DNA from: a virus
Strand: one strand, 5' to 3'
Virus record (IMG/VR): IMGVR_UViG_3300048910_000074
DNA: 64,000 nt
Below are positions 30,459 to 40,780 of the stretch, piece after piece (the first letter of the stretch is position 1; each line of letters begins with the position of its first letter). The position numbers were made by a program, and so were the translations under genes. Below the pieces are notes generated by a model. It searched no databases. It was given only the letters and a program-made list of their open reading frames with translations, and was not told where the DNA came from.

Positions 30459-31646
30459 ATGACCACCCACGACGACAAGCTCTTCGCCGAGCTGGGCGCA
30501 TTGTTCGCCAAGGCCAACCGGCAGCTTTTCCTGGTCGGCGGTTCGGTACGCGACATCACCTTGAGCCGTGAGGTCAAGGATTGGGACTTCACCACCAACG
30601 CCACGCCCGAGGAGATTGAAGAGATCGTCATCGACTGGTGTGACGCGCTGTGGGACGTGGGCCGGGACTTCGGCACCATCGCACTGCGCAAGCGTGATGT
30701 AGACATCGAGATCACTACGTTCCGCATCGACGGCCCCGGACGCAAGCCCACGGTGGAGTTCTCCGACTCGCTGCTCGATGACCTGCGTCGCCGGGACTTT
30801 ACCGTCAATGCGATGGCCTGCCCTGTGACTGCCGAGGGTATCGACTTCGGTGCGGAGTCCCTGATCGATCCGTTCGGCGGCATGGGACACCTGCTGCAGC
30901 GCGTCCTGGATACGCCGCGCTCTGCCGAGGAGTGCTTCAACGATGACCCGCTGCGCATGATGCGCGCAGCGCGTTTCTCCGCACAGTTGGGGTTCAATCC
31001 CTCCAAGCGGGTCATGGATGCATGCCGGGGACTGGGTCCGCGTATCAAGACCATCAGCGCCGAGCGCGTGCAGGCAGAGCTGATCAAGCTGCTCTCGGCA
31101 CCCTTCCCGGAGAAGGGTGTGCGCTTCATGCACGACTCCAAACTGCTGCGGATCGTTCTGCCGGGGGTGTCCGCGATCGACACCTACCAGATGCTGCTGG
31201 GCGACGACTGGCAGACCCGGCTGGCTGACCTGATGCGGCAGGTCGGGCCCTTCGCGGTGCGCGAGATCATGATGCGTCTGAAGATGAGCAACGCTGACAT
31301 CCAGCTGGTCACGAACCTCGTGACGTGGGTCCATCGTTTCGAGAAGTCCACGTGGACCGATGGCGCTGTTCGCCGCCTCATCGCTGCCGCTGGAGAGGAC
31401 CTGGAGCGACTTCTGACACTCATGGGTGACATCACCCTGGATGCACGTGCTAGGGAGGTTTTGGAGCGCGAGGGACACCCGGAGCCGCCGCTGACCGGCA
31501 AGGAGATCATGGACGTCCTGGGCGTCGAGCCCGGACCTCGTGTTGGCGAGGCTCAGCGTTTCCTGTGGCAGTCTCGGCTGGACGGTGGTCCACAGACCAA
31601 GGACAACGCAGAAAGGACACTGAAGGCATGGGCGGCACTGTCGTGA
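30459..31646 (+). CDS. tRNA nucleotidyltransferase (CCA-adding enzyme/poly(A) polymerase family)
   Basis: LVGGSVRD..KDWDFTT, EITTFR, DDLRRRDFTVNAMA, FNDDPLRMMRAARF, ISAERVQAEL, PPLTGKEIM..PGPRVG. Confidence 0.93.
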   Translation: MTTHDDKLFAELGALFAKANRQLFLVGGSVRDITLSREVKDWDFTTNATPEEIEEIVIDWCDALWDVGRDFGTIALRKRDVDIEITTFRIDGPGRKPTVEFSDSLLDDLRRRDFTVNAMACPVTAEGIDFGAESLIDPFGGMGHLLQRVLDTPRSAEECFNDDPLRMMRAARFSAQLGFNPSKRVMDACRGLGPRIKTISAERVQAELIKLLSAPFPEKGVRFMHDSKLLRIVLPGVSAIDTYQMLLGDDWQTRLADLMRQVGPFAVREIMMRLKMSNADIQLVTNLVTWVHRFEKSTWTDGAVRRLIAAAGEDLERLLTLMGDITLDARAREVLEREGHPEPPLTGKEIMDVLGVEPGPRVGEAQRFLWQSRLDGGPQTKDNAERTLKAWAALS

Positions 31647-32403
31647 AGTGGAGCGGCGGTGGCAACATATGGTGGTCGTCGGGTACCAATCGACGCTGGT
31701 ATCTGACGCGACGCCGCTCCAAAGTGAACAGAGGTAGGCGCGTCGTGGGGTGGAACATCTCGGTCAGACGTCCTGACGGCATCAGGGTGCTGCACAAGTG
31801 GTGCTGGACTCTCAGCGGTGCCAAGCGCTGGGCCGAGAATGAGGATCAGTTCTACAAGGAGAAGAAGGCATCATGAGCACCTACCGCAATCGGTTTGGCC
31901 AGGAGGTCAAGATCGGTGACGTCGTCGGCTGGGGTCATCGCAGCGGAAACATGAGTCATCAGCACGTTGGCCTCGTGCTGGAGGTCAAGGACCAGGACGG
32001 CAAGATCAAGACCACGTGCGCGTGGGTCGACGGTCCGAACACCCCGCGCCGTTCGGCGACCACTGATCAGCTGTTTGTTCTGGACGTCAACACCTTGTCG
32101 CACGAGCTGTATTCCAAGATCGTGCAGACCGCTGCTCGGATTGTGGAGGAGCAGGCGAAGGCCGAGGAAGCGGACAGCAGTGTTTCGGTGGAGGCGTAAG
32201 GCTGCGCACTGTCCGCACGGTCATCTCATTGGCATCTATGGTGACGCTGTCAACGCCTGCGGGGGTTGGCGGCTGCGTTGTGCGGACTGTGGCACCTACC
32301 TGGAGGGCCCGGTGAGTCTGGCACGCGACAGGACTTGCTAATCCTTCTAGGACCTGCCATACTTAATGGGTACCGCACGGAACCTGAAAGCAAGGAGTAC
32401 ACC

Positions 32404-32877
32404 ATGTACGAACGCCACTTCACTGGACGCAACTGCCCCACCGGCTACGTCACCGGCAGCGAAATCACCAAGATGATGCGTGCCGACATCAAGGACGCGA
32501 TCAAGGCGGGCAAGCTCCCCGGTATCACGCGCAACTACTCGGTGACCGTGGACAACTACTCCGGTGGCCGTTCCATCCGCATCGAGGCCCGCGACCTGAG
32601 CGACATGTGGACCAAGTGCTCGGATTCGCATTGCAACCATTGGCCGTGTGAGCGCGGCAACGAGCGCGCTGACGTGCTCACCGCCGAGGGACAGCGCGTG
32701 CAGGCTGTTCTCAAGGACATCCATTCGTCGTACAACTACGATGCCTCGGATTCCCAGGTGGACTACTTCAATGTCAATTTCTATGGCGACGCGTCGATTG
32801 AAAACCCGCGTCAGGCGGTGTTCCGTGCCAAGGAGAAGGCCCGCAAGGCAGCACGAAAGATGGCAGGTGCGGCATGA
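32404..32877 (+). CDS. LPD29-like domain protein
   Basis: MMRADIK..YSVTVDNYSGGRSIRI..YNYDASDSQVDYF resembles large-polyvalent-protein-associated domain 29; recalled motif, needs HMM confirmation. Confidence 0.55.
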   Translation: MYERHFTGRNCPTGYVTGSEITKMMRADIKDAIKAGKLPGITRNYSVTVDNYSGGRSIRIEARDLSDMWTKCSDSHCNHWPCERGNERADVLTAEGQRVQAVLKDIHSSYNYDASDSQVDYFNVNFYGDASIENPRQAVFRAKEKARKAARKMAGAA

Positions 32878-33437
32878 TCTGGTCTCTGTTCTTCGCCCTC
32901 TTCCTAATCGTCGGGGGAGCCATCCTCGTCTTCGGGGGTATCGCCCTGATCATCACTGTCATCACCGGGCCGAGCGAGGTCGCCGAGTACAAGACCACCG
33001 ACGAGAAAGGTCGCCGTGACGGTCTGGGGGTGACCTACCCGTGAAGAAGATGAGTCAGGCGGAACGTCGCCGACGACAAGCCCAGTGCCAGGTGGTCTGG
33101 GAAGCTGCACAGGTCCTCAAGGCTCACCACGCCTCACACGAACTGATCGTCGCGCTCACCGAGTGGGCTGACAAGATCGCCTCACCACCTGAAGAGGTGA
33201 CTAGGCCGTGAAGGAGGTTCGGGAGTGCTACCTGTGTCACCGCCGGGGAGAGCGCGGCTTTCATCGGATGTTGAGAGGAGACATCTCTCGATGGCGTTGT
33301 GACAGCAGCCGAGCCTGTGACGATCGCCAGTATCGGAATTTCATGGGCCTGAAGTGAAGATGATCGTTTACAACTCCTAGAACACCATGTAGTATTGACG
33401 TAGTAAGTTTCATCCCACCCACAGAAGGAAACACAAC

Positions 33438-34736
33438 ATGAAGATCGCACCTACGGCGTTGGTCGCGGCGGCACTGACCGCTGGCATCGCCTTCGCCCCT
33501 CTCGCCCAAGCAGCGGGCACCGACACCCTGTTCGTTCCCGGCACCGGCAGCACCAAGAAGGGTGCCTCTGACAAGGTCGATGCCGCATGGCTCGACGGCG
33601 GACGTTGGGGCAAGGACCCGGTGTACTGCATCTGCGACAGCGACCAGTACCCTGCTGCGCTCGGCCCTGGCGTCGGTCAGGCGTCTGCCGATCAGGGCAA
33701 GGAGTCCACAGTCCAGTTCCTGCTGGCGCACCCCGAGGTCAAGAACGTCATCGCTGGTAGTCAGGGTGGCGGTGTGGCCTACGAAGCGGTGAATGACCCA
33801 CGTCTGGCCGGTCGCGAACTGAACGTCGTGCTGTACTCCGACATGGACGCCCCGAACGGGATGCGTGCCCGCGCTGTCGGCGTCAACGACATTCCGTTCG
33901 TCGGCTTGCGGGGCGGCGTGCCGGTCACGCAGAACGATCCGAGCAAGGCCGTGACCGACATCGGCCACGAGTGGGACCCGGTGTTCCGGTCGCCCAAGTA
34001 CCAGGCCAGCTGGGTCGTCACCATCCCCACCGGCATGGTTGGGTTCATCGTCTACCACAGCGCGCTGGGTGGCCCCTACGGTGCTATGCAGATCGACTAC
34101 GCCGGGGCTAAGGTCGAGAAGGCCGCTGACGGTCGCACGATCATCACGATCAAGGACCCGCTCACTCCGTGGGGCCAGCTGGCGACGATCCTGGTGACCA
34201 ACGTCGCCGGTCCCAAGGTCGGTTTCGCGTTCCAGACGCTCATCAAGCCGGTGGACGACATCGCTGCCGGGGTCCTGAACGCGGTCGGTGGCTACGACGA
34301 GAAGGGCGGCGCGACGGTCGGACCGACCTCGGCTGGTGAGGTTCAGCGGATGGCTCAGCGGTTTGCCGATGGCTTCACCAACGCGGCCAAGGACTTCGCT
34401 GCCATTCCGCAGAAGCTGTCCCAGGGTCCCAAGCCCAAGGTGACCACGCCGCCGTCGCTACCTGCTGCGGAGACCCCTGTTGCCGTCGAGACCCCGGTTG
34501 TCGAGAAAGCCCAGGTCGCCAAGGTAACGCCGCAGGTCAAGACCACGCCCCGGACCAAGGCACCGAAGCCGTTCGGTGGCCCCGGCAACCCGGTGCACGA
34601 CACCATCAAGACGGTGCAGGGCGCGATCAACAACACCGTCAAGACCTGGTCTCCTAAGCCGAAGAAAGCGTCGGAGACCAAGGCCGATCAGGGTGGCGCT
34701 GACAACGGCGGCAAGCACGCCAAGAAGGCGGGCTAG
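33438..34736 (+). CDS. Secreted PE-PPE-domain (cutinase-like) serine hydrolase with Pro/Lys-rich tail
   Basis: Signal peptide ending AQA; LFVPGTG, YPAALG, AGSQGG (GxSxG), WDPV; low-complexity P/K/T C-terminus. Confidence 0.75.
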   Translation: MKIAPTALVAAALTAGIAFAPLAQAAGTDTLFVPGTGSTKKGASDKVDAAWLDGGRWGKDPVYCICDSDQYPAALGPGVGQASADQGKESTVQFLLAHPEVKNVIAGSQGGGVAYEAVNDPRLAGRELNVVLYSDMDAPNGMRARAVGVNDIPFVGLRGGVPVTQNDPSKAVTDIGHEWDPVFRSPKYQASWVVTIPTGMVGFIVYHSALGGPYGAMQIDYAGAKVEKAADGRTIITIKDPLTPWGQLATILVTNVAGPKVGFAFQTLIKPVDDIAAGVLNAVGGYDEKGGATVGPTSAGEVQRMAQRFADGFTNAAKDFAAIPQKLSQGPKPKVTTPPSLPAAETPVAVETPVVEKAQVAKVTPQVKTTPRTKAPKPFGGPGNPVHDTIKTVQGAINNTVKTWSPKPKKASETKADQGGADNGGKHAKKAG

Positions 34737-35746
34737 TGCCTGATCTGGAAACCGAGGTGGTCGTCCTGCCAGCGCAGCCGCAGAACCTGGGCATCTGCTC
34801 CAAGTGTCTGCTGAACTGCTACTGGCAGGACGCTCCCGGTGGAGGTTGGTGGATTCATGAATGGCCCAATCGTCTGCTGGAAGCTCAAGTGAAAGCCGAC
34901 CCCCGAAAGGTGCATGATGCCGACCCAGGTTGGGAGCCGACACAGCATGACGAGGATGTCATCTGACGTCATCCCGGTGTTCGCTCTGGACGGCTTCTGG
35001 GACCTTCCCAGGCCCTCCGGGGCACCCCGGCACAACCTGCGCTACGACAGCCTCCTGACGGTCACCGACGGGAAGCTGGACTACCACTGCACTGGCTGTG
35101 GAGGCTGGGACAGTGACAACAACTGGAGTCACCCGATACCGCCGATGTGCGTGTTCAGTGCCAGCGACTTCATCGATCCGGCTACTGATCATTGGATGGT
35201 GGACATTGAGCGAGCGACCTGACTACATCGAGTGCTGCAACCGCTGCCCTGGCAAGCGGTGCCCGGACTTCATCTGGGATCAGCTTCCAGTGCGGCCCTT
35301 CGAACTGCGTGGCCAGCTCATGGAATTCAACTCCAAGATCAGGTCGCAGGTGTTGTTCGTGGAGCATCGCGACGGCGGCACTGATTCTTACGGCCCCTAC
35401 AACAGTCCGCTGATGATGTCTTATATCGCCGGGCTGGTCGTGGGAGACCTGGACGCGCGGGGCGTCCATCCTCGTGACATCGAGCTGTGGATGATGCCGT
35501 GCCTCTGACGTGGCGACTGCTCACCCCAGAGGAGGTAGCAGAGTGGAACCGTAAAGCGGAAGAGGAGCACCAGGAGATGCTAAAGCGCTGGCCGGTGAGC
35601 CAGCGACGTCCTCGCTGTCCGATGTGCGGGTGCTGGCTGAAGGAGAACGGCAACTGGTGGGACTGGCAGTGCAAACGGTGCGGGGCCAACGAGAGAAACA
35701 CTCAGTAGGGGTTGCAATTCTTTCTAGGAACTGTCATACTTGAGTC

Positions 35747-37025
35747 ATGACCAACACCGCCGCTGAGATCACCGCCCGCGCCGCTGCCATCTCTTCGCAC
35801 GACGAGTGGATCGCCTTCATGACCGCTGATGAGAACATCACCGAGTTTGCCCACGAGGCCATCGGTGTGAACGCCATGGACCTGAACGACTACTACGATC
35901 AGCAGTTGGTGGCCGGTGAGGTGCAGTACTACCTGCGCCTGGAGGTCAAGACCGACGCTGAGCTGCTGACCGAGTACGTCGAGAATCAGCGTGCGCATCG
36001 CTCCATCCGCGAGATGGATGGCTGGGACTACGACGTGGAGGACCACGAGGCCTATTACCGTCGTCAGGGCGACATCAGCGCTTTGATGGAGTTCCGTCGG
36101 ATTCGCAAGGTCTACATGCAGAACCTGGCTCTGACTCACAACCCGTTCCTGGCCCTGCAGACCACCTACGCCGCCTGACCATCACCCACCCCAGAAGGAG
36201 ACCACCATGGCCACCAAGACCAACGCCCGCGAGAAGTTCATCCAGTACGTCAAGGACAACGGCTGGATTCCTGATCCGACCATGACAATCCGAAAGCTCA
36301 CCGGTTACGACAAGAGCACGGAGACTCACGTCTACGGGAACGTGCAGAGCCCGTTTGCTTTCATGACAACCAACGCCCCTGACGGCGGCACCTGGCACAT
36401 CTACCTGGACTACTCCATCAAGTCGTTTTCTTGGGATCGACACGATCGGATCAGCAACACCCTCAAGGGCATCGTGGTTGATTATGTCGACGCTGATGGG
36501 CAGGACCGGCGCAGGATCGGCATTCTGGCCAACATCGACAACCAGTCGTACGACACCTACCGCAAGAAAGCTCTTTGGCATGCGTTGCGGCAGGAGAAGC
36601 CCAGCGGCTCCGCGTCGTTGATCGATGCCGCCAAGCTCCTGATCAAGGACCCGACGACGGCTGTGTGGCTGTCTTTTCAGAAAGACCATGAAGAGCAGCT
36701 GAGGCTGGATGCTGCTAATGCCGCAGCCCGGAAAGAGCACATGTTGCGAGCGCGTCCGCTGCCTGTCACGGTTAGCTCGGATGGCTGGTCGTCGGAGTGG
36801 AAGAAGTTGACTCATCGGCTCAAGAGTGTCGCTGGAAACATTCATGACGCCGACGGCAAGGCTGATCTGGTGCAGCTGGTGACGGACCTGGTCATCGCCA
36901 CCGAGGAGATTCGTTCGGTGCTAACTGATGAGGCCGAGCAGGCTGTCGAGGCCAACCTGCACGAGGTGCACGCCAAGCTGACCGTGCAAGACCTAGAAGC
37001 ACTCAAGAAGTTCCTGCAGTCATGA
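35747..37025 (+). CDS. Two hypothetical proteins (35747-36178, probably leaderless; 36207-37025)
   Basis: Follow the repeated promoter at 35712; second ORF has an AGAAGGAG RBS. Confidence 0.65.
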
Positions 37026-37503
37026 GCGAGCCCGTAAGCATGCTGATTGCCTTTGTCGTCGCCCTGGTGTTCATGCTGGGGCTGCAGTGGAGTGTTCGCA
37101 AGGTGGTGAGCTGGTATCGCGTGCGCCGGTTCCGCAAGATCGTGCTGGAGCAGTTCGGAGGCGACATGGAGGCTGCTCAGGTCGTCATTCAGGACGCCCT
37201 CTATCTGGGGCTGGCCGAGCTGTTCAACGCTCAGGAGATGAACGCGATGGTGTTCGACCTCCGTCAGCGCATGGGTGCGATACACTCAAACCCTGTAGTA
37301 GAAAACAACAAAAAGGAGAACCATGGGCGTCAAGCTGCTGGCTGAGAAGCGTGGGTCGCTTCAGGGTCTGGACGTGTCCACCATCGTGCGTCAAGCCTAT
37401 GGCGAGGACTACAAGTACGACCCGTCCATCGCCAGTGATGAGCACGTCGGCGCAGTGGTCCACAAGAGCACCGGAGCTGTCATCGACCACGTGGTGGAGT
37501 TCC

Positions 37504-38358
37504 ATGACGTCTAGGCCGGTGACGACTGTCAACACCATGCTGAGTGACTCAGGGGCCAAGCCTGAGCGCGCGGTCGTCAAGCCCAAGCCACTGACACCTG
37601 AGCAGGCTTTCCTGAGCGAGGTCACCGAGCACCGGATGACCATCATGAAAGATGAGGGCCTGTACCGGCACGTGAAGTTCGCCCGGCCCGATTCGAGCAT
37701 GTACCGGTTCGACCTGGTGACCTGGCCCGGCCATCTGGTGATCTGTGGGGACCTGGAGGACTATCACTTCGCCCGGACGCCGGACATGTTCACGTTCTTC
37801 CGCAATAACCCGGACCGGCCACACTCGATCAACCCGGACTATTGGGCCCAGAAGCTGACCGGACACCGGCAACAGGCCGAGACCTACTCGTTCGATGCTT
37901 TCAAGACATCGGTGACGTGGGACTTCCTGTGGAACCGGGACTCCATTCCCGATGGTCAGCGCCGCCGGGTCTGGAGGGCGATTCGTGAGGAGATTTTTGA
38001 TGATCCTGACGTTCAGCACTCCCGTGAGGCGGCGTATCAGGCGGTCACCGAGTTCAATGTGTGGTTGCCGGGTGAGTCTCGCGGTGAATCGATCTTCCGA
38101 TTCCACGACACCTACGAGCTGAACTTCACCGACTGGGACTGGCACTTCCTGATCAGCCTGCACGCGATCGTCTGGGGCATCAAGCAGTACGACACACGCA
38201 CGCATCACACCGAGGCCGAATGGCTGCGTGAGGACCTCTCATCGGCCCGCATGGAGTCCAGGATGCTCAAGGCATCGGTGAGTCACCTGGAGGGAAAGGT
38301 GCGATCCCTGGAGGGCGAGTACCAGGACCTGCGTAACGATGTGCTGAGAGGGGTCTGA
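37504..38358 (+). CDS. Conserved phage hypothetical protein
   Basis: EHRMTIMKDEGLYRH..FDLVTWPGHLVICGD..DMFTFFR..INPDYWAQKL pattern recalled from phage proteins. Confidence 0.6.
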   Translation: MTSRPVTTVNTMLSDSGAKPERAVVKPKPLTPEQAFLSEVTEHRMTIMKDEGLYRHVKFARPDSSMYRFDLVTWPGHLVICGDLEDYHFARTPDMFTFFRNNPDRPHSINPDYWAQKLTGHRQQAETYSFDAFKTSVTWDFLWNRDSIPDGQRRRVWRAIREEIFDDPDVQHSREAAYQAVTEFNVWLPGESRGESIFRFHDTYELNFTDWDWHFLISLHAIVWGIKQYDTRTHHTEAEWLREDLSSARMESRMLKASVSHLEGKVRSLEGEYQDLRNDVLRGV

Positions 38359-38717
38359 ATGGCAGAAGTCTTCGAGATCGCTGGACAGATCAAGCTGTTC
38401 AAGGCTGGACTGATGGGCACGGCGGTCACCGTGCACAGCAGCTACGAGGGTGGCTACGGCCCGCACGTGCTGGAGGTCGAGCCGGGCAAAATGGTCATCG
38501 TCCGTTTGGATGATGAAGAGATCGAGACGCAGCTGGAGTTCGCGGGCGCGTACATCTGCGGCTTCATCGAGGCCGTGGGTGGTGACCTGCGGAAAACCAA
38601 AATCTGGCTGGAACCGTTCCATGATGTTCTAGGAACTGTTGACACTGACCATGTAGAACCCGTATAGTCGTTTTTGTCAGTTCAACTACTTCTCGCCCAC
38701 AACGAAGGAGACACCCA

Positions 38718-39941
38718 GTGTCCACCACCATCCTCCCCGACCTGCCGACCACCAACCTGATCGGTGCCGACATCCCCACCCTGATCTCGGTGCTCAAAGA
38801 CCAGGACGCCCAGCGTCTGGACGCGGTCGTGCCGCGTAGCTCCATTCGGGTCAACTCGATGGGCAACCTGGAGTTCGCCACGATTGATGAGGTCGAGACC
38901 ACCAAGCCGATCATCACCCTTGAGGGCTCGCCCACTTCGTTCAACCCCTCCGGTGCCTACGGCTTGACCGCCAACGCCGAGGCTCAGGTCGCCGCGATGT
39001 TCAAGATTCCGCTGGAGTACCTGCGTCGGTCGAAGGTTCTGGACCCGGCTTTCTACGCCCAGCAGATCAACGAATGGGCCAAGGTCGCCGAGGGTGCCAA
39101 CATGCTGCGCCTGATGTGGGGCAAGGTCGAAGGTCGTCCGGAGCTGACCGGCATGGCCCGCGCCATCATGAGCGACAAGTACAAGAAGATGGACAACGTC
39201 GATACCCTGATGTCCCTGCTGGAGGGCCTGACCGAGGCTGGCGATGCTGCCGGTATCCAGATCGGCCCGCAGCACATCCAGCAGATCAGCCTGACCGACT
39301 CGCGGATGTACATCGACATCAACGTCCCGGAGATCGCCATCAACGGTCGCGAACTGGTCAAGGGCTACCACAGCCCCTACACCGGCCTGAGCGGTGCCGA
39401 GCTGCCCCTGATGAACGCGGGTGTACGGATCACCAACTCCGAGACCGGCAAGGGACGTCTGGCCTTCATCCCCCGCGCGATGTTCCAGGTTTGCACCAAC
39501 GGCATGCAGATGAACGCCTTCGGCATGTTCAAGACCCACCTGGGCACCAAGATCGAAGAGGGTGTCATCGACTGGTCCGACGCCACCATCGAAGCCCACG
39601 ACCAGCTCATCAAGAGCCAGGTCAAGGACGCCGTCAGTACCTTCCTGTCGACGGACTTCCTGGACAAGATGCTGACTGAGGCCGAGAAGGACGCCGGGGT
39701 TCCCGTCGCTCGCCCGGAGACCACGGTCCAGCTGGTGGCCAAGGAGATGCGCTACACCGATGAGCGTGCCGACGCGATCCTGAAGAACTTCATGGAGGGT
39801 GGCAAGTTCACCTCCGGTGGTCTCTTCCAGGCCGTCACCGCCACCGCACGGGACCTGGCCCAGGTCGACCCGGACGCCGAGTACGAACTGGCTTCCAGCG
39901 CTCCGCAGGCCATGAAGGTCGCGGCCAAGGTCGCCAGCTAG
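38718..39941 (+). CDS. DUF932-like phage/plasmid protein
   Basis: RAIMSDKYKKMDN, ITNSETG, FQVCTNGM motifs; own promoter and downstream terminator. Confidence 0.65.
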   Translation: MSTTILPDLPTTNLIGADIPTLISVLKDQDAQRLDAVVPRSSIRVNSMGNLEFATIDEVETTKPIITLEGSPTSFNPSGAYGLTANAEAQVAAMFKIPLEYLRRSKVLDPAFYAQQINEWAKVAEGANMLRLMWGKVEGRPELTGMARAIMSDKYKKMDNVDTLMSLLEGLTEAGDAAGIQIGPQHIQQISLTDSRMYIDINVPEIAINGRELVKGYHSPYTGLSGAELPLMNAGVRITNSETGKGRLAFIPRAMFQVCTNGMQMNAFGMFKTHLGTKIEEGVIDWSDATIEAHDQLIKSQVKDAVSTFLSTDFLDKMLTEAEKDAGVPVARPETTVQLVAKEMRYTDERADAILKNFMEGGKFTSGGLFQAVTATARDLAQVDPDAEYELASSAPQAMKVAAKVAS

Positions 39942-39951
39942 CCACCTGAAC

Positions 39952-39999
39952 GAGGCCCGGTCTCCCTTACCCCCCAGGAGACCGGGCCTCCCCACTTTT
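39952..39999 (+). terminator. Intrinsic terminator-like hairpin
   Basis: GAGGCCCGGTCTCC ... GGAGACCGGGCCTC 14-bp stem followed by CCCACTTTT. Confidence 0.7.
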
Positions 40000-40021
40000 C
40001 CCACCCACTTCAAGGAAGAAC

Positions 40022-40780
40022 ATGACTGATCTGAAGACCCGGCACTACGCCGAGACTGTCATCCTCGCTTCGGCGTTGACTACCACGAGCTACGTCCTGG
40101 CCGAGGTCGCCGGGTGGCAGGTCACCACCGGATGGGTGCACTGGGTCGAGGTGTTGGCCGTGTGGACCAGCTATGTGTCCACGTGGCTCTGCGTGCGCCA
40201 GCGACGCTGGAATTACGTCTGGGGATCGATCAGCTCGGTGCTGTACGCCGTGCTGTTCCTGCAGTCCAACCTGCTCGCCTCGGCCATCCTGAACGCCTAC
40301 CTCGCGCCCGCGTTGGCCTACGGCTGGGTCCGGTGGCGTCAGGACACCAACACTCGGCCTGTGGCCAACCTGAAGTGGCGCTGGGTGCCCGTCTACGCCA
40401 TCAGCACGGCGGTCGCCTACTGGGGAGCTGTCCAGGTCGCCCACTTCTTCGGTGGCTCCATGGCTGCGTGGGACTCGGTGATCCTGATCGGCACAATCCT
40501 GGCCCAGTTCCTGCTGGACAACAAGAAGCTCCAGACCTGGTACGTCTGGGCGGTTGTCAACGTCATCGCCATCGGCACCTATGCCGCCTCCGGGCTGTGG
40601 CTGGTCGCCTTCCAGTACGTCCTGTTCTTGATCAACACCTACATCGGATACCGAGTCTGGAAGAAGAGCCTGATCAAGCAATCACGGGAGCTTTACAAAT
40701 TCGACATCAATACCAGTCGCTGGCCGTTCGGGGAGTCGACCGGAGAGACAATGATCAAACTCAAATCGGAGGAATCGTGA
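40022..40780 (+). CDS. pnuC: Nicotinamide riboside transporter PnuC-like
   Basis: Multi-TM; WLCVRQRRWNY, YGWVRW, WDSVIL..LAQFLLDNKKLQTWYVWAVVN motifs; adjacent to a NadR-like gene. Confidence 0.85.
   Translation: MTDLKTRHYAETVILASALTTTSYVLAEVAGWQVTTGWVHWVEVLAVWTSYVSTWLCVRQRRWNYVWGSISSVLYAVLFLQSNLLASAILNAYLAPALAYGWVRWRQDTNTRPVANLKWRWVPVYAISTAVAYWGAVQVAHFFGGSMAAWDSVILIGTILAQFLLDNKKLQTWYVWAVVNVIAIGTYAASGLWLVAFQYVLFLINTYIGYRVWKKSLIKQSRELYKFDINTSRWPFGESTGETMIKLKSEES

Noticed and set aside
36226-36240. In-window match to a single 9-nt spacer (GAGAAGTTC)
   Set aside because: Single 9-mers are expected by chance about once per 64-kb window; no adjacent spacer-B match was seen
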